From NCBI GenBank assembly GCA_002269645.1, contig NIVC01000132.1:387028-451027 (forward strand): 64,000 bases of DNA, written 5' to 3'. Positions within the stretch are counted from its first letter, which is position 1; the number at the start of each line of letters is the position of its first letter. A program made the translations under genes and the position numbers. Shown here piece by piece: positions 49,801-59,023 of the stretch. Origin of the DNA: Macrostomum lignano. Taxonomy: Eukaryota. The notes beneath the pieces are model-generated. The model had not been told where the DNA came from and ran no database searches. It was given only the letters and a program-made list of their open reading frames with translations.

Positions 49801-51874
49801 TCCCTGTCCGATAGTTGATTTCCCTGTCCGATCGTTGATTTCCCTGTCCGATCGTTGATTTCCCTGTCCAAATGTTGATTTCCCTGTCCGATAGTTGCTT
49901 ACCCTGTCCGATAGTTGATTTCCCTGTCCGATAGTTGATTTCCCTGTCCGATAGTTGATTTCCCTGTCCGATCGTTGATTTCCCTGTCCGATAGTTGATT
50001 TCCCTGTCCGATCGTTGATTTCCCTGTCCGATCGTTGATTTCCCTGTCCAAATGTTGATTTCCCTGTCCGATAGTTGCTTACCCTGTCCGATAGTTGATT
50101 TCCCTGTCCGATAGTTGATTTCCCTGTCCGATCGTTGATTTCCCTGTCCGATCGTTGATTTCCCTGTCCGATAGTTGCTTATCCTGTCCGATAGTTGATT
50201 TCCCTGTCCGATAGTTGATTTCCCTGTCCGATAGTTGATTTCCCTGTCCGATAGTTGATTTCCCTGTCCGATAGTTGATTTCCCTGTCCGATAGTTGATT
50301 TCCCTGTCCGATAGTTGATTTCCCTGTCCGATAGTTGATTTCCCTGTCCGATAGTTGATTTCCCTGTCCGATAGTTGCTTATCCTGTCCGATAGTTGATT
50401 TCCCTGTCCAATAGTTGCTTACCCTGTCCGATAGTTGCTTATCCTGTCCGATAGTTGCTTATCCTGTCCGATCGTTGCTTACCATGTCCGATAGTTGATT
50501 TCCCTGTCCGATAGTTGCTTATCCTGTCCGATCGTTGCTTACCCTGTCCGATAGTTGCTTATCCTGTCCGATAGTTGATTTCCCTGTCCGATAGTTGCTT
50601 ATCCTGTCCGATAGTTGATTTCCCTGTCCAATAGTTGCTTACCCTGTCCGATAGTTGCTTATCCTGTCCGATAGTTGCTTATCCTGTCCGATCGTTGCTT
50701 ACCATTTCCGATAGTTGATTTCCCTGTCCAATAGTTGCTTACCCTGTCCGATAGTTGCTTATCCTGTCCGATAGTTGCTTATCCTGTCCGATCGTTGCTT
50801 ACCATTTCCGATAGTTGATTTCCCTGTCCGATAGTTGCTTATCCTGTCCGATCGTTGCTTACCCTGTCCGATAGTTGCTTATCCTGTCCGATAGTTGATT
50901 TCCCTGTCCGATAGTTGCTCATCCTGTCCGATAGTTGATTTCCCTGTCCAATAGTTGCTTATCCTGTCCGATAGTTGATTTCCCCGTCCAATAGTTGCTT
51001 ACCCTGTCCGATAGTTGATTTCCCTGTCCAATAGTTGCTTACCCTGTCCGATAGTTGCTTATCCTGTCCGATCGTTGCTTACCATGTCCGATAGTTGATT
51101 TCCCTGTCCGATAGTTGCTTATCCTGTCCGATAGTTGCTTATCCTGTCCGATAGTTGATTTCCCTGTCCGATAGTTGATTTCCCTGTCCGATAGTTGCTC
51201 ATCCTGTCCGATAGTTGATTTCCCTGTCCGATAGTTGCTTATCCTGTCCGATAGTTGCTTATCCTGTCCGATAGTTGATTTCCCTGTCCGATAGTTGATT
51301 TCCCTGTCCGATAGTTGCTTATCCTGTCCGATAGTTGATTTCCCTGTCCGATAGTTGATTTCCCTGTCCGATAGTTGATACTTCAATTGCAAGCCTCAAT
51401 TTAACATTCCAAGCCTCATTCTAACATTCCAAGCCTCAATCTAACATTCCAAGCCTCAATTTAACATTTCAAGCCTCATTCTAACATTCCAAGCCTCAAT
51501 CTAACATTTCAAGCCTCATTCTAACATTCCAAGCCTCAATCTAACATTCCAAGCCTCAGTAAAACACTGTGCTCTGGTTGTTAGTTCAGAGCACAGATTG
51601 TGATCACAGTTTAAGAAGCCGCTACATTGCAGCTTGTAGTCAACAAGCGAATAGTCTCCAGCTACAGAGCTGACATCTCTCCTAAGGACGCCAGATGGAT
51701 AGTCATCACTGGCAATATCAGTCTGCTCAATGTTGAATTGGAAAATCAGGTAATTATTTAACTATCTATTTTTGATTGTATTTAAATATAATTAAATATA
51801 AGCTACTTAAATTCGCAAAAAGGTAAAAACTCCGCAATTTTAAGGTCCCGACAAGTCGTTGTTCAGTCTCTTAG
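7769..51874 (+). CDS. Giant multi-galectin-like protein: Gal-like D1, ~11,700-aa A/B repeat spacer, Gal-like D2-D5; ~12,700 aa spliced model
   Basis: Hand-spliced join(7769..7852?,7927..8006,8120..8312,9160..9331,9411..44462,45167..45811,46239..46330,46427..46640,46864..47286,47949..48065,48399..48985,49424..49634,51633..51749,51845..51874?). All introns are GT-AG and phases match at every junction. Domains follow the galectin strand pattern, e.g. IHINGEYIMTYLMKLDARRVKSLYIEGDL and FETTIVRRLKDFYVVLDSGHNASLRHRIDPDLVTHLHLAG. Confidence 0.75.
7927..8006 (+). CDS. Exon, start of galectin-like D1 (SHIEHKMSSELFVGEGVVAKGILHGQ+TA)
   Basis: Acceptor tttcag; ATG at 7945; phase-2 donor TA|GTAAGT at 8007; TA+C gives Tyr with the next exon. 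Confidence 0.7.
8120..8312 (+). CDS. Exon, core of galectin-like D1 (LNVTLSAENW...PYSFVIKVAVQPLGYD)
   Basis: Acceptor ttttcttttcag; open frame of 1+192 nt; phase-0 donor GAT|GTGAGT. Confidence 0.78.
9160..9331 (+). CDS. Exon, end of galectin-like D1 (ISLQEKHLAELSHNGNYSAICTVILGGEADFTELEI...) plus linker
   Basis: Acceptor tttttttag; 57 codons+1; phase-1 donor G|GTGAGC. Matches the galectin v.vng.h...f.hr....i..l.i.Gd pattern. Confidence 0.78.
9411..44462 (+). CDS. Giant ~35 kb coding block: unique basic head, A/B repeat array, unique acidic Ser-rich tail; frameshifted between 24.2 and 37.5 kb in this assembly
   Basis: Acceptor aaattacag|TA gives G+TA=Val in the frame of ORF 9395..24334. The same repeats continue in ORFs 24256, 25341, 28204, 29214, 29884, 30345, 30641, 33502 and 37563..44477. 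Phase-0 donor AGT|GTAAGC at 44463. Confidence 0.75.
10320..43397 (+). repeat. Coding higher-order tandem array: 231-bp (77-aa) A module x ~83 and 696-702-bp (~234-aa) B module x 20
   Basis: ORF-track offsets of 231 and 1395 bp (=3A+B). A modules per block read: 3 (first partial), 3 x10, 9, 1, 15, 5, 5, 1, 1, 3, 4, 6. Confidence 0.95.
44528..44930 (+). mobile_element. Putative tRNA-derived SINE in intron
   Basis: Pol III A-box TAGCCCAGCGG (44534-44544) and B-box-like GGCTCGATTCC (44577-44587); no valid cloverleaf; GC-rich body; 3' end gtgcctcgcaagggcgcctatagtaaat resembles L2/CR1-type SINE tails. Confidence 0.55.
45167..45811 (+). CDS. Exon, Ser/Asp-rich linker before D2 (IAANQTNATL...KGFSTLKP)
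   Basis: Acceptor ctccttcatag; 215 open codons containing ORF 45296..45862; phase-0 donor CCG|GTAAGA. Confidence 0.75.
45827..46082. repeat. 50-bp intronic tandem repeat x5
   Basis: Unit gataggaaatcgagggatagcaaggatgtaacctaaatgggatatctcgg; two near-identical copies followed by three variant copies. Confidence 0.9.
46239..46330 (+). CDS. Exon, start of galectin-like D2 (IIPFRARLPVQIRYGHSIVIYGRMTNYSSA)
   Basis: Acceptor ctatacag; galectin vPy...l..g...G..i.i.G pattern; phase-2 donor GG|GTGAGA. Confidence 0.78.
46427..46640 (+). CDS. Exon, core of D2 (LKLSLEN...SPKQNDEFRLVICFKRLGLS)
   Basis: Acceptor ctcttcag; 1+213 nt; phase-0 donor AGC|GTAAGA. Confidence 0.8.
46864..47286 (+). CDS. Exon, end of D2 (VLPHHIPVSDFTHLVLHPDCEYTSVEF) and most of D3
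   Basis: Acceptor ggttttcag; 141 codons; phase-0 donor CGG|GTGAGT. Confidence 0.8.
47949..48065 (+). CDS. Exon, end of D3 (IHINGEYIMTYLMKLDARRVKSLYIEGDLMLEDFKIKEM)
   Basis: Acceptor gaattcag; 39 codons; donor ATG|GTGAGA; clear galectin C-terminal v.vNG...i..l.i.GD motif. Confidence 0.85.
48170..48385. repeat. 64-bp intronic tandem repeat, x3 plus partial
   Basis: Unit gagctcactacctcacccatagccctgcccgatgaatcgtgtctgctatccgctcagccaatcg; ORFs 48269 and 48333 start identically, 64 bp apart. Confidence 0.92.
48399..48985 (+). CDS. Exon, complete galectin-like D4 and start of D5
   Basis: Acceptor cattccctccag; lies within ORF 48333..48989 (LPKQLPVGGQIRIW...ADFALLARV...FETTIV...LRHRIDPDLVTHLHLAG...LPYTNRLP); phase-2 donor GC|GTAAGT. 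Confidence 0.85.
49268..49345 (+). mobile_element. tRNA-derived SINE head or tRNA pseudogene fragment
   Basis: A-box TAGATCAGCGG (49272-49282) and perfect B-box GGTTCGATTCC (49322-49332); the anticodon arm and acceptor stem are not canonical. Confidence 0.45.
49424..49634 (+). CDS. Exon, core of D5 (SRTVSLAIGADP...IRTIDLLLADNGDCK)
   Basis: Acceptor tttgcag (tandem CAGCAG, alternative start 49427); 1+210 nt; phase-0 donor AAA|GTGAGT. Confidence 0.78.
49653..51379. repeat. 20-bp satellite, ~86 copies (GATAGTTGATTTCCCTGTCC and variants)
   Basis: Strict 20-bp period; variants ..GCTTATCCTG.., ..GCTTACCCTG.., GATCG.., AAATG..; no spacers. Confidence 0.98.
51391..51558. repeat. Second 20-bp tandem repeat, ~8 copies (AAGCCTCAATCTAACATTCC)
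   Basis: Direct 20-bp period immediately after the first satellite. Confidence 0.95.
51633..51749 (+). CDS. Exon, end of D5 (LVVNKRIVSSYRADISPKDARWIVITGNISLLNVELENQ)
   Basis: Acceptor acattgcag; 39 codons, the same length as the D3 terminal exon; donor CAG|GTAATT. Confidence 0.8.
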
Positions 51875-51955
51875 CCAGAGCCTCGAGCAGAACGATCCGA
51901 CTACCTTTTGCGGCATCTGCTGTCAGATGATTCAAAACAGGGCGAAACAACTTGA
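51845..51955 (+). CDS. Candidate terminal exon: VPTSRCSVS* (51845-51874), or PEPRAERS...QGETT* via acceptor 51875
   Basis: Two phase-0 acceptors (tttaag at 51844, ctcttag at 51874); AATAAA at 52241. The choice is unresolved. Confidence 0.4.
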
Positions 51956-53082
51956 TTAACTATAAACAGTGCATGTATATTCACTGAGCTGCCAACTGAA
52001 CCTATTGATCAGTGTTAATGCAGTTCACTTGTAAATTGCCTTATTTGCTTTGCGGTATAGCTAACTTCAAATCGGTGCGCCCCCCCAGTGAGTTAGGCGA
52101 GCTCATATTTACAGATATTTTAACAAAATTGGCGGAAAGGTCATTTTATTTTCTTAGAAATTAAATAGCAATACGTTTTTGGTATTAACCGTCACTACAT
52201 GTGGCGTGATCGTTCATAACAGAAATATTTAGAAAAGCCTAATAAATTTCTTAATAGTTTATCCATACACTTCACAGAAAAAATAACATGCTCGAAAGCT
52301 GCACCCACTATACTACTGTCGGATTTGTACTACTGTAATTTTATGCAATACGTAAATGCAATCTTGCTCGCGTTCAACAAGGTAAATACAATATATTTAA
52401 CGTACACCACAGAGGAGTTGCATCTGTGTACATTTTATTAAAACGCTACCCAATCTAAAAAAATACCTGTGTTTTCTTTTGTTTAAATTAAATTACTTAA
52501 TTTTCGAGAAAATAAACATTTCCAGCGATAGATTTGTTATAATCTTTGGTTTTGAAACAGCCCACTCCACCCTCCTCAGATTAGATATCCAAAAACACCT
52601 TGCTTGGTTGGATGCAGGAAGTTGAATTATAATAAAGTGCATCAGGTGAAAATGAATAAAATATGGGACTGTTCTCAAAACATGTGCATTTTCCATGCAT
52701 CAGCGTGTAATCAATTTACTACAGGCAAGGAGACTCGGAGCAAGGTCCTGAGGTGAAGACTCCCCAGTAAGGTCAGACAACTGTAAGCTGACTGCAGTTT
52801 TTAAGTTTACACAGGAAAGATAAGCGACTTTCTGTGTCATCATATACCTACATGTAAAACTCTTACTGATATTCAAATTTTTACTTAAGTTCTCCGGATC
52901 ATTGCATTTTGAGCAATATGAGCGTATGTAGCCTGTGAGCTTACTGCTGACATAAGTATTGATAAAACAGAATTTTCACATTTTTTTATCTTTGACATAA
53001 AAGCACTGTCATAGTTATAGTTGCATTTTGTGTCCAGAAAGCACTGGGCCGCGTCCAATGGGGGCCAGGGGGGGGGGGGCTG

Positions 53083-53410
53083 GCCTCTGAGTTAGACCAC
53101 AGGGCCCTCCTATGACCCCCTATCAGGCTGCACCTCCCCTATGACCCCCAGTCAGGCTGAAGGCTCCTCTATGACGACTAGTCAGGCCCCTCTATGACGA
53201 CTAGTCAGGCCCCTCTATGACCCTTAGTTAGACCACAGGCCCTCTTATGACCCCCAGGCAGGCCACAGGCCCTCCTATGACCCTTGATCAGACCGCAGGC
53301 ACCCTATGACCACCCCCAGTCAGGCTTAAACCCCCTATGGCCCCCAGTTAGACCGCAGGCCCTGTTATATGACCCCCACCCAATCAGGCTACAGGCCCCT
53401 ATTTGACCCT
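53083..53410. repeat. GC-rich degenerate minisatellite, ~30-bp unit (aggccctcctatgacccccagtcagaccac)
   Basis: About 11 recurrences of the cctatgacc core, preceded by a G-run at ~53068-53079. Confidence 0.8.
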
Positions 53411-54772
53411 CTGTCGGCTCTTCTTAATGACACTTCACTACAAAATCTAAAATCATAGACCGATCTTAGACCATGCACTGTTCAAAAGGATAATATATTT
53501 TCTGCATAAAAACTTTTTTATATCTAACTTGAAAGGTGCAATGAATTTCGAATCAAATGCAGATAGTAATATTCAGCTTAAAATTGAGATTCTGAAGCAG
53601 TAAATTTTGTTACTCCCAGGTTCTGGCTCGAGTTCTCCATGATTGCGGCAAGGTGAATAAAAGGTCGAAAGATTTTAGACTCCCGGCCGTGAGCTGCAGA
53701 CGCACCTGCTCAATTAATATCACGCAAGATTTTCCATTGCCGGCCAGTGCGCGCTCCCACCGCCTATTCACGAGGCAATTCAGGGCCTTCCGTCCCCGCA
53801 GCCAGTGTTGTCCCTCGGTTATAAGTGCAGTCCCGGCTCTGGGTGTATTGGGGCTGGGAGGGACATTGGGGTGGGAAGAGGGAGAGTCTGAACTGCTAGT
53901 AACCCGCTAGGAGAGAGCAAGGGCGGGGAAGAGGATGAGGAAAGTACAGCTTGCGACACAGGGGGTGGGCATTGGAATTGCATCAATCGATGCCGGAGAA
54001 CTCCAGCTGTCTCGCCGCCACAGCTCATCTCTGAGTCATCTGGCCTGCTGGCCGGTTTCTGCTCAAACGAGTGTACAAAATCAGAACTCTGTCAAAATGT
54101 ACGCTTTGACCAGCTGACACTGTTATAGGGGTGACTAATGATCTGGCTTGACTTGCACAATTGTCAATCGATGCCAAAGCCAATCACGCTTCATCCGTGT
54201 ATATATATTTCTGCTTGAGACTCAGGATAATGATCAGAGAGAGAGATGACGAATGGGCATTACAATTACAAGCATAGTTGGAAAATAAACCTAGTAGACT
54301 GACTTATTGGGTGTTTTAAACAATTAAATAGCAAATTATTTCACTTTAATTTAAACATATAGTTCGTGTCAATTGAGAAAATCGAGCTCTGATTTCAATA
54401 CAATATACGCTCGTAGGCATTGAATTGATCCGCACGAGGCAAGCGACCGGATACGGAGGTACAATGAGAATCGGATGAATGAACGATGACAAAGTCGAAC
54501 GTTAAGCACAGCGAAAAAATTAAGACGAAAAGAGAGGCGAAGAAAGAGTAAAGCGCGCTTAGAAAGACCAATGTGCGCATTTATGTTATACGGGCTTATG
54601 AATTGGTTGCCAATACCTAAATCGCGAGGTATCGGAGCGTTAAAACAAAGATTAAGATAGAGAAAATAAAAAGGGCCTTTTGTTTTATCAGTCCAACTTT
54701 GTCGCAGCCATCGCGTTGAGAGCCAGTTACAGTTTGCCTAGCCTATCAGTGCATCAGGCGTCAACTTCGCCA

Positions 54773-54885
54773 TCAGTGCTTGCATTTGTAGATGACCACG
54801 CCCAGGCCAATGACGCCGAGAATCGGGCTCAGGCCGATAACCAGGGCGAGGCCGATTGGCACGGCGATGACTATACCGGTGGCCT
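54773..54885 (-). CDS. RNF217: RNF217-like E3 ligase, exon 2: C-terminal TM anchor (EATGIVIAVPIGLALVIGLSPILGVIGLGVVIYKCKH*)
   Basis: Minus-strand acceptor ctagtcctag|AG completes the phase-1 codon G+AG; long hydrophobic stretch with a short basic tail; TGA at 54773-54775. Confidence 0.85.
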
Positions 54886-55241
54886 CTAGGACTAGAATAT
54901 TCAATGAGACAAGGGAATTGGAGCGAATAAAGATTAGAGTGCAGATTGTGTTGGGGCTAACTATAACACCTACTCGGCGGGCGAACGAAGTGATCGAACT
55001 CTAACGCTGCTAGCTATAGGCTGTTAGGCAAACACCAGCGTTATCGATGCAGCCATAGGCTACGAATTTGTAAATCATTGCAGGTAAACTTATTGCAAGA
55101 TTGGCTGCTATCGGATTGTTTAAGAATACATTTACTGGCAATACTACATGTATTCATTTAGTTCTCGAAAGGAAAATTGTTTCCAGCTATCCAAACTAAG
55201 ATTCAACCGTAAAATTCTATTTAGTTATAGGCTCAACCTAC

Positions 55242-56979
55242 CGAAGAGTGTTCCGCGGACGAGCTTGCGCAGAGCCGGTCTGCCCGGAAACAGCTTCTGC
55301 TTGCAGCCGAATATGCTGAGGCGACTGCTGTGCCGACCGAAAACAAAGTTGCCAGCGCGCCAGTTCTTGCCGCACACGTAGCAGAATTGATAGCTGCATC
55401 GGTTGCAGGTCATGTGATTGCAGCCTTGATTCTTCTCGATGTACACTTTGCAGGACGGACACTTGCGAGCCTTCCGAATGAACTGCGACCCGTCGAAGTA
55501 GGTCTCCAGACCCCAGTCGCGCAGCATCTGCTTGCCGCTACTGTTGGCGCTGCAGGACATATTCGGGTGTGGCGGCGAGTGGCAGCGGAAGCACCAACTG
55601 AACTCGCAGCGCTGACAGCGAGTCAGCTCGCCACCGAGCCGCTTGCTGGCCTTTTCATTTGGATTTTTCGTCACCATATTGCACTGCGGGCAGGTCTTCT
55701 TGTTTGGATCGCCGTTGAGGTCCGTCAATATTTCGTAGTACCGATCAGCCCTGTCGCCAAGGAATTCGATGATCTCGCTGACGGTGAGGAAGCAGCTACA
55801 GCAGGGGCAGCCGACTTCCACGGTGCGGGCATATACTTTGGTGCGGACCCACTCGTTGTAGCAGGCGTAGCAGACATGCTGCCCGCAGCAGGTGCGAGCC
55901 ACCACCAACTGATCATCGAGCAGGCACAAGGAACACGTGGCAGAGCAGCGGAAGTTCATGCGCTCCAATCCACTGACCACTCCAGTTCGCGACTGGTACA
56001 CCTGAAAGCACTCGGTTAGCATGCCGTGAAGCATAAAGATGTCATGATAGTTTTCCCAGCGTGTTATGCGATCGTTGATAACATTAATCTGCAGATGCGA
56101 CTGTGTTTCGGTCAGCTTTTCGTAGACCTGTCTGAAGGTGTGCGGGGCGAGGCCCGTGTCAAACAGGCGCTTGTAGAACACCAGCGTGTCAGTAGTCCGA
56201 GACAAATTCACCGATTTGCTACGGCTCTCGAAGTCGTACTCGCTTTCCAGGTGATACATTAGCAAGTATTTGAAAAGCTTGAAGAGCGAAATTAAACTGA
56301 TCGAGTGAAAGTAGTCTCGCTCTTCCGACAGAAAATTCTGCAGCGCCTCAAGCATAATGAGATGCTCTTCCGAGTCGTCATTGAACAGGGCAGCGTGTTC
56401 AGGAAACAGAAGTATCTTTGCAGAACGTTCCGACCCTGAAGCCGAATCGGATCCTTCGACATTCACTGGCATATCCCGAGTTGCCTCGCTAGATGTGTCG
56501 CTCGCAAACCTGCGTCTGACGGGATCCATGGGCAATGGGCTTGACGTTCGACTGGAAGTCCGACTCGGGGGCTGACTCGAGGATTGAACCGCATCCGCCT
56601 CCCTAACAACACTGGAAGTGCCAGGTTCAGCCTCCGCCTCCTTGCTGCTCAGCGACTTGAGTTCGCTAAAATACTTCTCGGTGAGCCGGGCGAAGATCTC
56701 ACGATCCTGACTAGATAGCGATAGCTTCCTAGATTTGTTGCATACCCACATTTTAAGGCGTTCCAGCGCCTCCTCTGTGTCCTGCTTAGCAAGAACATCC
56801 AGCTGTTCTAGGTCTAGATCATCAGCTAGCTCTTCGTCCGACGCACTGTCCGACTGATCGGAAACAGTGGCTGTGTCCGGATTCAGCTGAGTTACTTCGT
56901 TTTCGACAGTCTGATCGCAGCCATCTGCTACGCGAATTTCTTGCAGCGACAGCGACACTGGCTCCTCCTCTGTAGTCAT
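55242..56979 (-). CDS. RNF217: RBR (RING1-IBR-RING2) E3 ubiquitin ligase, RNF217-like, exon 1 (616 aa after splicing)
   Basis: RING1 CSLC..CCGQHVCYAC..CPCC; IBR CPQC..CQRC..WCFRCHSPPH..C; RING2 CPSCKVYIEKNQGCNHMTC..C..FCYVC with catalytic Cys. The tail RHSSRLSIFGCKQKLFPGRPALRKLVRG matches remembered RNF217 (HTSNLSIFGCKYRYLPERPHLRRLVRG). Donor G|GTAGGT at 55241. Confidence 0.88.
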
Positions 56980-58850
56980 ATCTGTCTGTTGAATAGATAT
57001 TTGCTGAGCACTGGTGCTTATCCTACTAGCTTTATGTGCGTTGCGTATGGCGTATTAAATACGTGTTTCGTGTACGCAATACCGCTAAGTCTAGTTGGTA
57101 AGAACCGTGCGCGCGTCGACTTTACACTGTAGCAAGGCGGTGAGAGAAGAGAGAGGGTTTATATTCTCTTTCTGCCCTCTCTACCCTCTCTTCGTGCCCC
57201 AAGCAAAGCCCTTTCCACTGCGGCCCTCCTCGTCCCTGCAATATTGCATCTCGTTGGCATGCCAACAGCGCGCCCAGCCCTACTTCTATTTCTTACCCAA
57301 TGTGCAATCTGAGTACATGCATGTACGCTCGTAGCAGTTCCAATGGCGGGTGCACCTCACCCTCACCCACTCAGATGGGCATACGGAATAGTTTAACCAA
57401 CCTCCCTCCCATTGCCAAATTTTTGGCGTCAAACGTCATTGCAGTTTCAGATTGTTGAAAGAGTTACGCACAGAGTTAAAATTAGAATCGCGCCTATACG
57501 TCAGTGCGGGGCCACGCTGGCCTCACTTTCCGGGTCTGGTGTTCACTGTTTTTATTCCCAAAATAGTTTTCCGCTTACCCTTCTTTCTGTCACTTAAAAG
57601 TCTGGATGTACAGTCCGACTGCTAAGTGTGCTCGGAAACCCAGCTGACCACACATTCGAATTCGAATAAGCTTAGCCAAGACAAGAGAAGACAGAACTCA
57701 AGAGGGCCATTATATGCTCCACCAATGCAGCTGGAATACGCCACTACGCAGAGCTCACAATGTGCCTCTGTCCCTAATACCAACTAGACTTTGCATTTCT
57801 TCAAGTAAGCAAGAAAAGAGTAGCCTTAGTCCAAAACCCTAATGCTGTCATTTTCTGTGACTTCTTTTCTGTGAGAACAACGAACACAGAACCCGTACGA
57901 ATTGTTGCCCGTGAACTATAATACTTCAGTAGAACACTTCTGCTGTACCCTTGCGTCTCTCTCTCCCTGTGCCAAAGGAAATTCGACCGTAGACTGGCAC
58001 TGTTGTCGCTTCTTCGCTTCTCGTCTTTATTCTTGGCCACATGCATAAAAAGTGTAGCTAAAAGCCTCGCAACTTGCGCACATGCAGGGCAGCTTGTTGG
58101 AATTGCTTTTCGTGTGGGCGTTTTCTATGGATATCATGTCCTGAAGATTGTGAAAGAATTTTGCCGAGTTGTCTTTCTTGGCTTTAAAAAATGCCAATAA
58201 ATGTAAAAATTACACACGCAAGCCCAAATACGTGTACAGAGTGTGTAAAATTCATGTAAAATTGAGTCTATCTCTGTTTTTGCTTCCCGCAATTCAACTT
58301 GAGTTCAATTTACGAGAGAGAGAGAGAGTGTACAAAACAATTTGCACATATACAATTCGTATGGGTATTTTTAATTTGACACAAAAATGCTAGTGAAATA
58401 GCGCAGTTTTGTCTGTAGAAGGGAATTATTAAAACTATTTCTAAATTAAAATTCATGCTTCTATTGTAATTAGTCATAATAGCATTATATCAGCATATAG
58501 TCTGGGGATTTTTAAAGTATTCATACACATAATGTACTGAACGCATACTGAAATGCTCAGGATTACTGTCAAAGTTCAAATTACACCCAATAGACAGCTT
58601 CAGCTAAACGGTTTGCCTGGTCATATGTATCTATTAAAATGTATCCTGCATCTGCATGTACACAGTACATCGTTAAAATCGCGCAAATTTTGTGTCATAT
58701 AATTGCAGCCAGCAAAAGGTTTGATTGTTTCAGTTGATTCAAATGTATACCCATAAAAATAATTTTATTATTTTCTAAGTATTTTCTTTCTGCTTCTAAT
58801 TGCTTCGCGAATTACAGCTTGTTAGCATCTTTATACTCATGTAGAACAGC

Positions 58851-59023
58851 CAGTAGCGCAACCAGAAATTTGTGGGGGCGGCTGATTCTGGAGGGTAAGA
58901 CGGTTAAGACCCAAGGGGGGGGGGAATGGGCCACGGGGCTGCTCTGTTTTTTTGTGAAGATTTGCTTGGCCCCCCTTTGATTTTTTTCTGGTCTCCGGCC
59001 GCCCCATCCTGATTGCGCCACTG
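58851..59023. mobile_element. hAT-like MITE (173 bp)
   Basis: TIR CAGTAGCGCAACCAG / reverse complement CAGTGGCGCAATCAG (13/15); G-rich/C-rich quasi-palindromic interior; 8-bp flanks AGAACAGC and AGTACAAT match only 5/8. Confidence 0.65.

Noticed and set aside
49653-51558. CRISPR array, or coding ORFs (49364, 49605, 51039)
   Set aside because: Contiguous 20-mers with no unique spacers, eukaryotic intron context, no cas genes.
53600-54120. GC-rich island with TATAAG and short ORFs between the convergent genes
   Set aside because: No recognisable protein, RNA motif or termini; cannot be supported as a feature.
55330-56262. Plus-strand ORFs of 229 and 78 aa
   Set aside because: Antisense shadows of the RNF217-like CDS.
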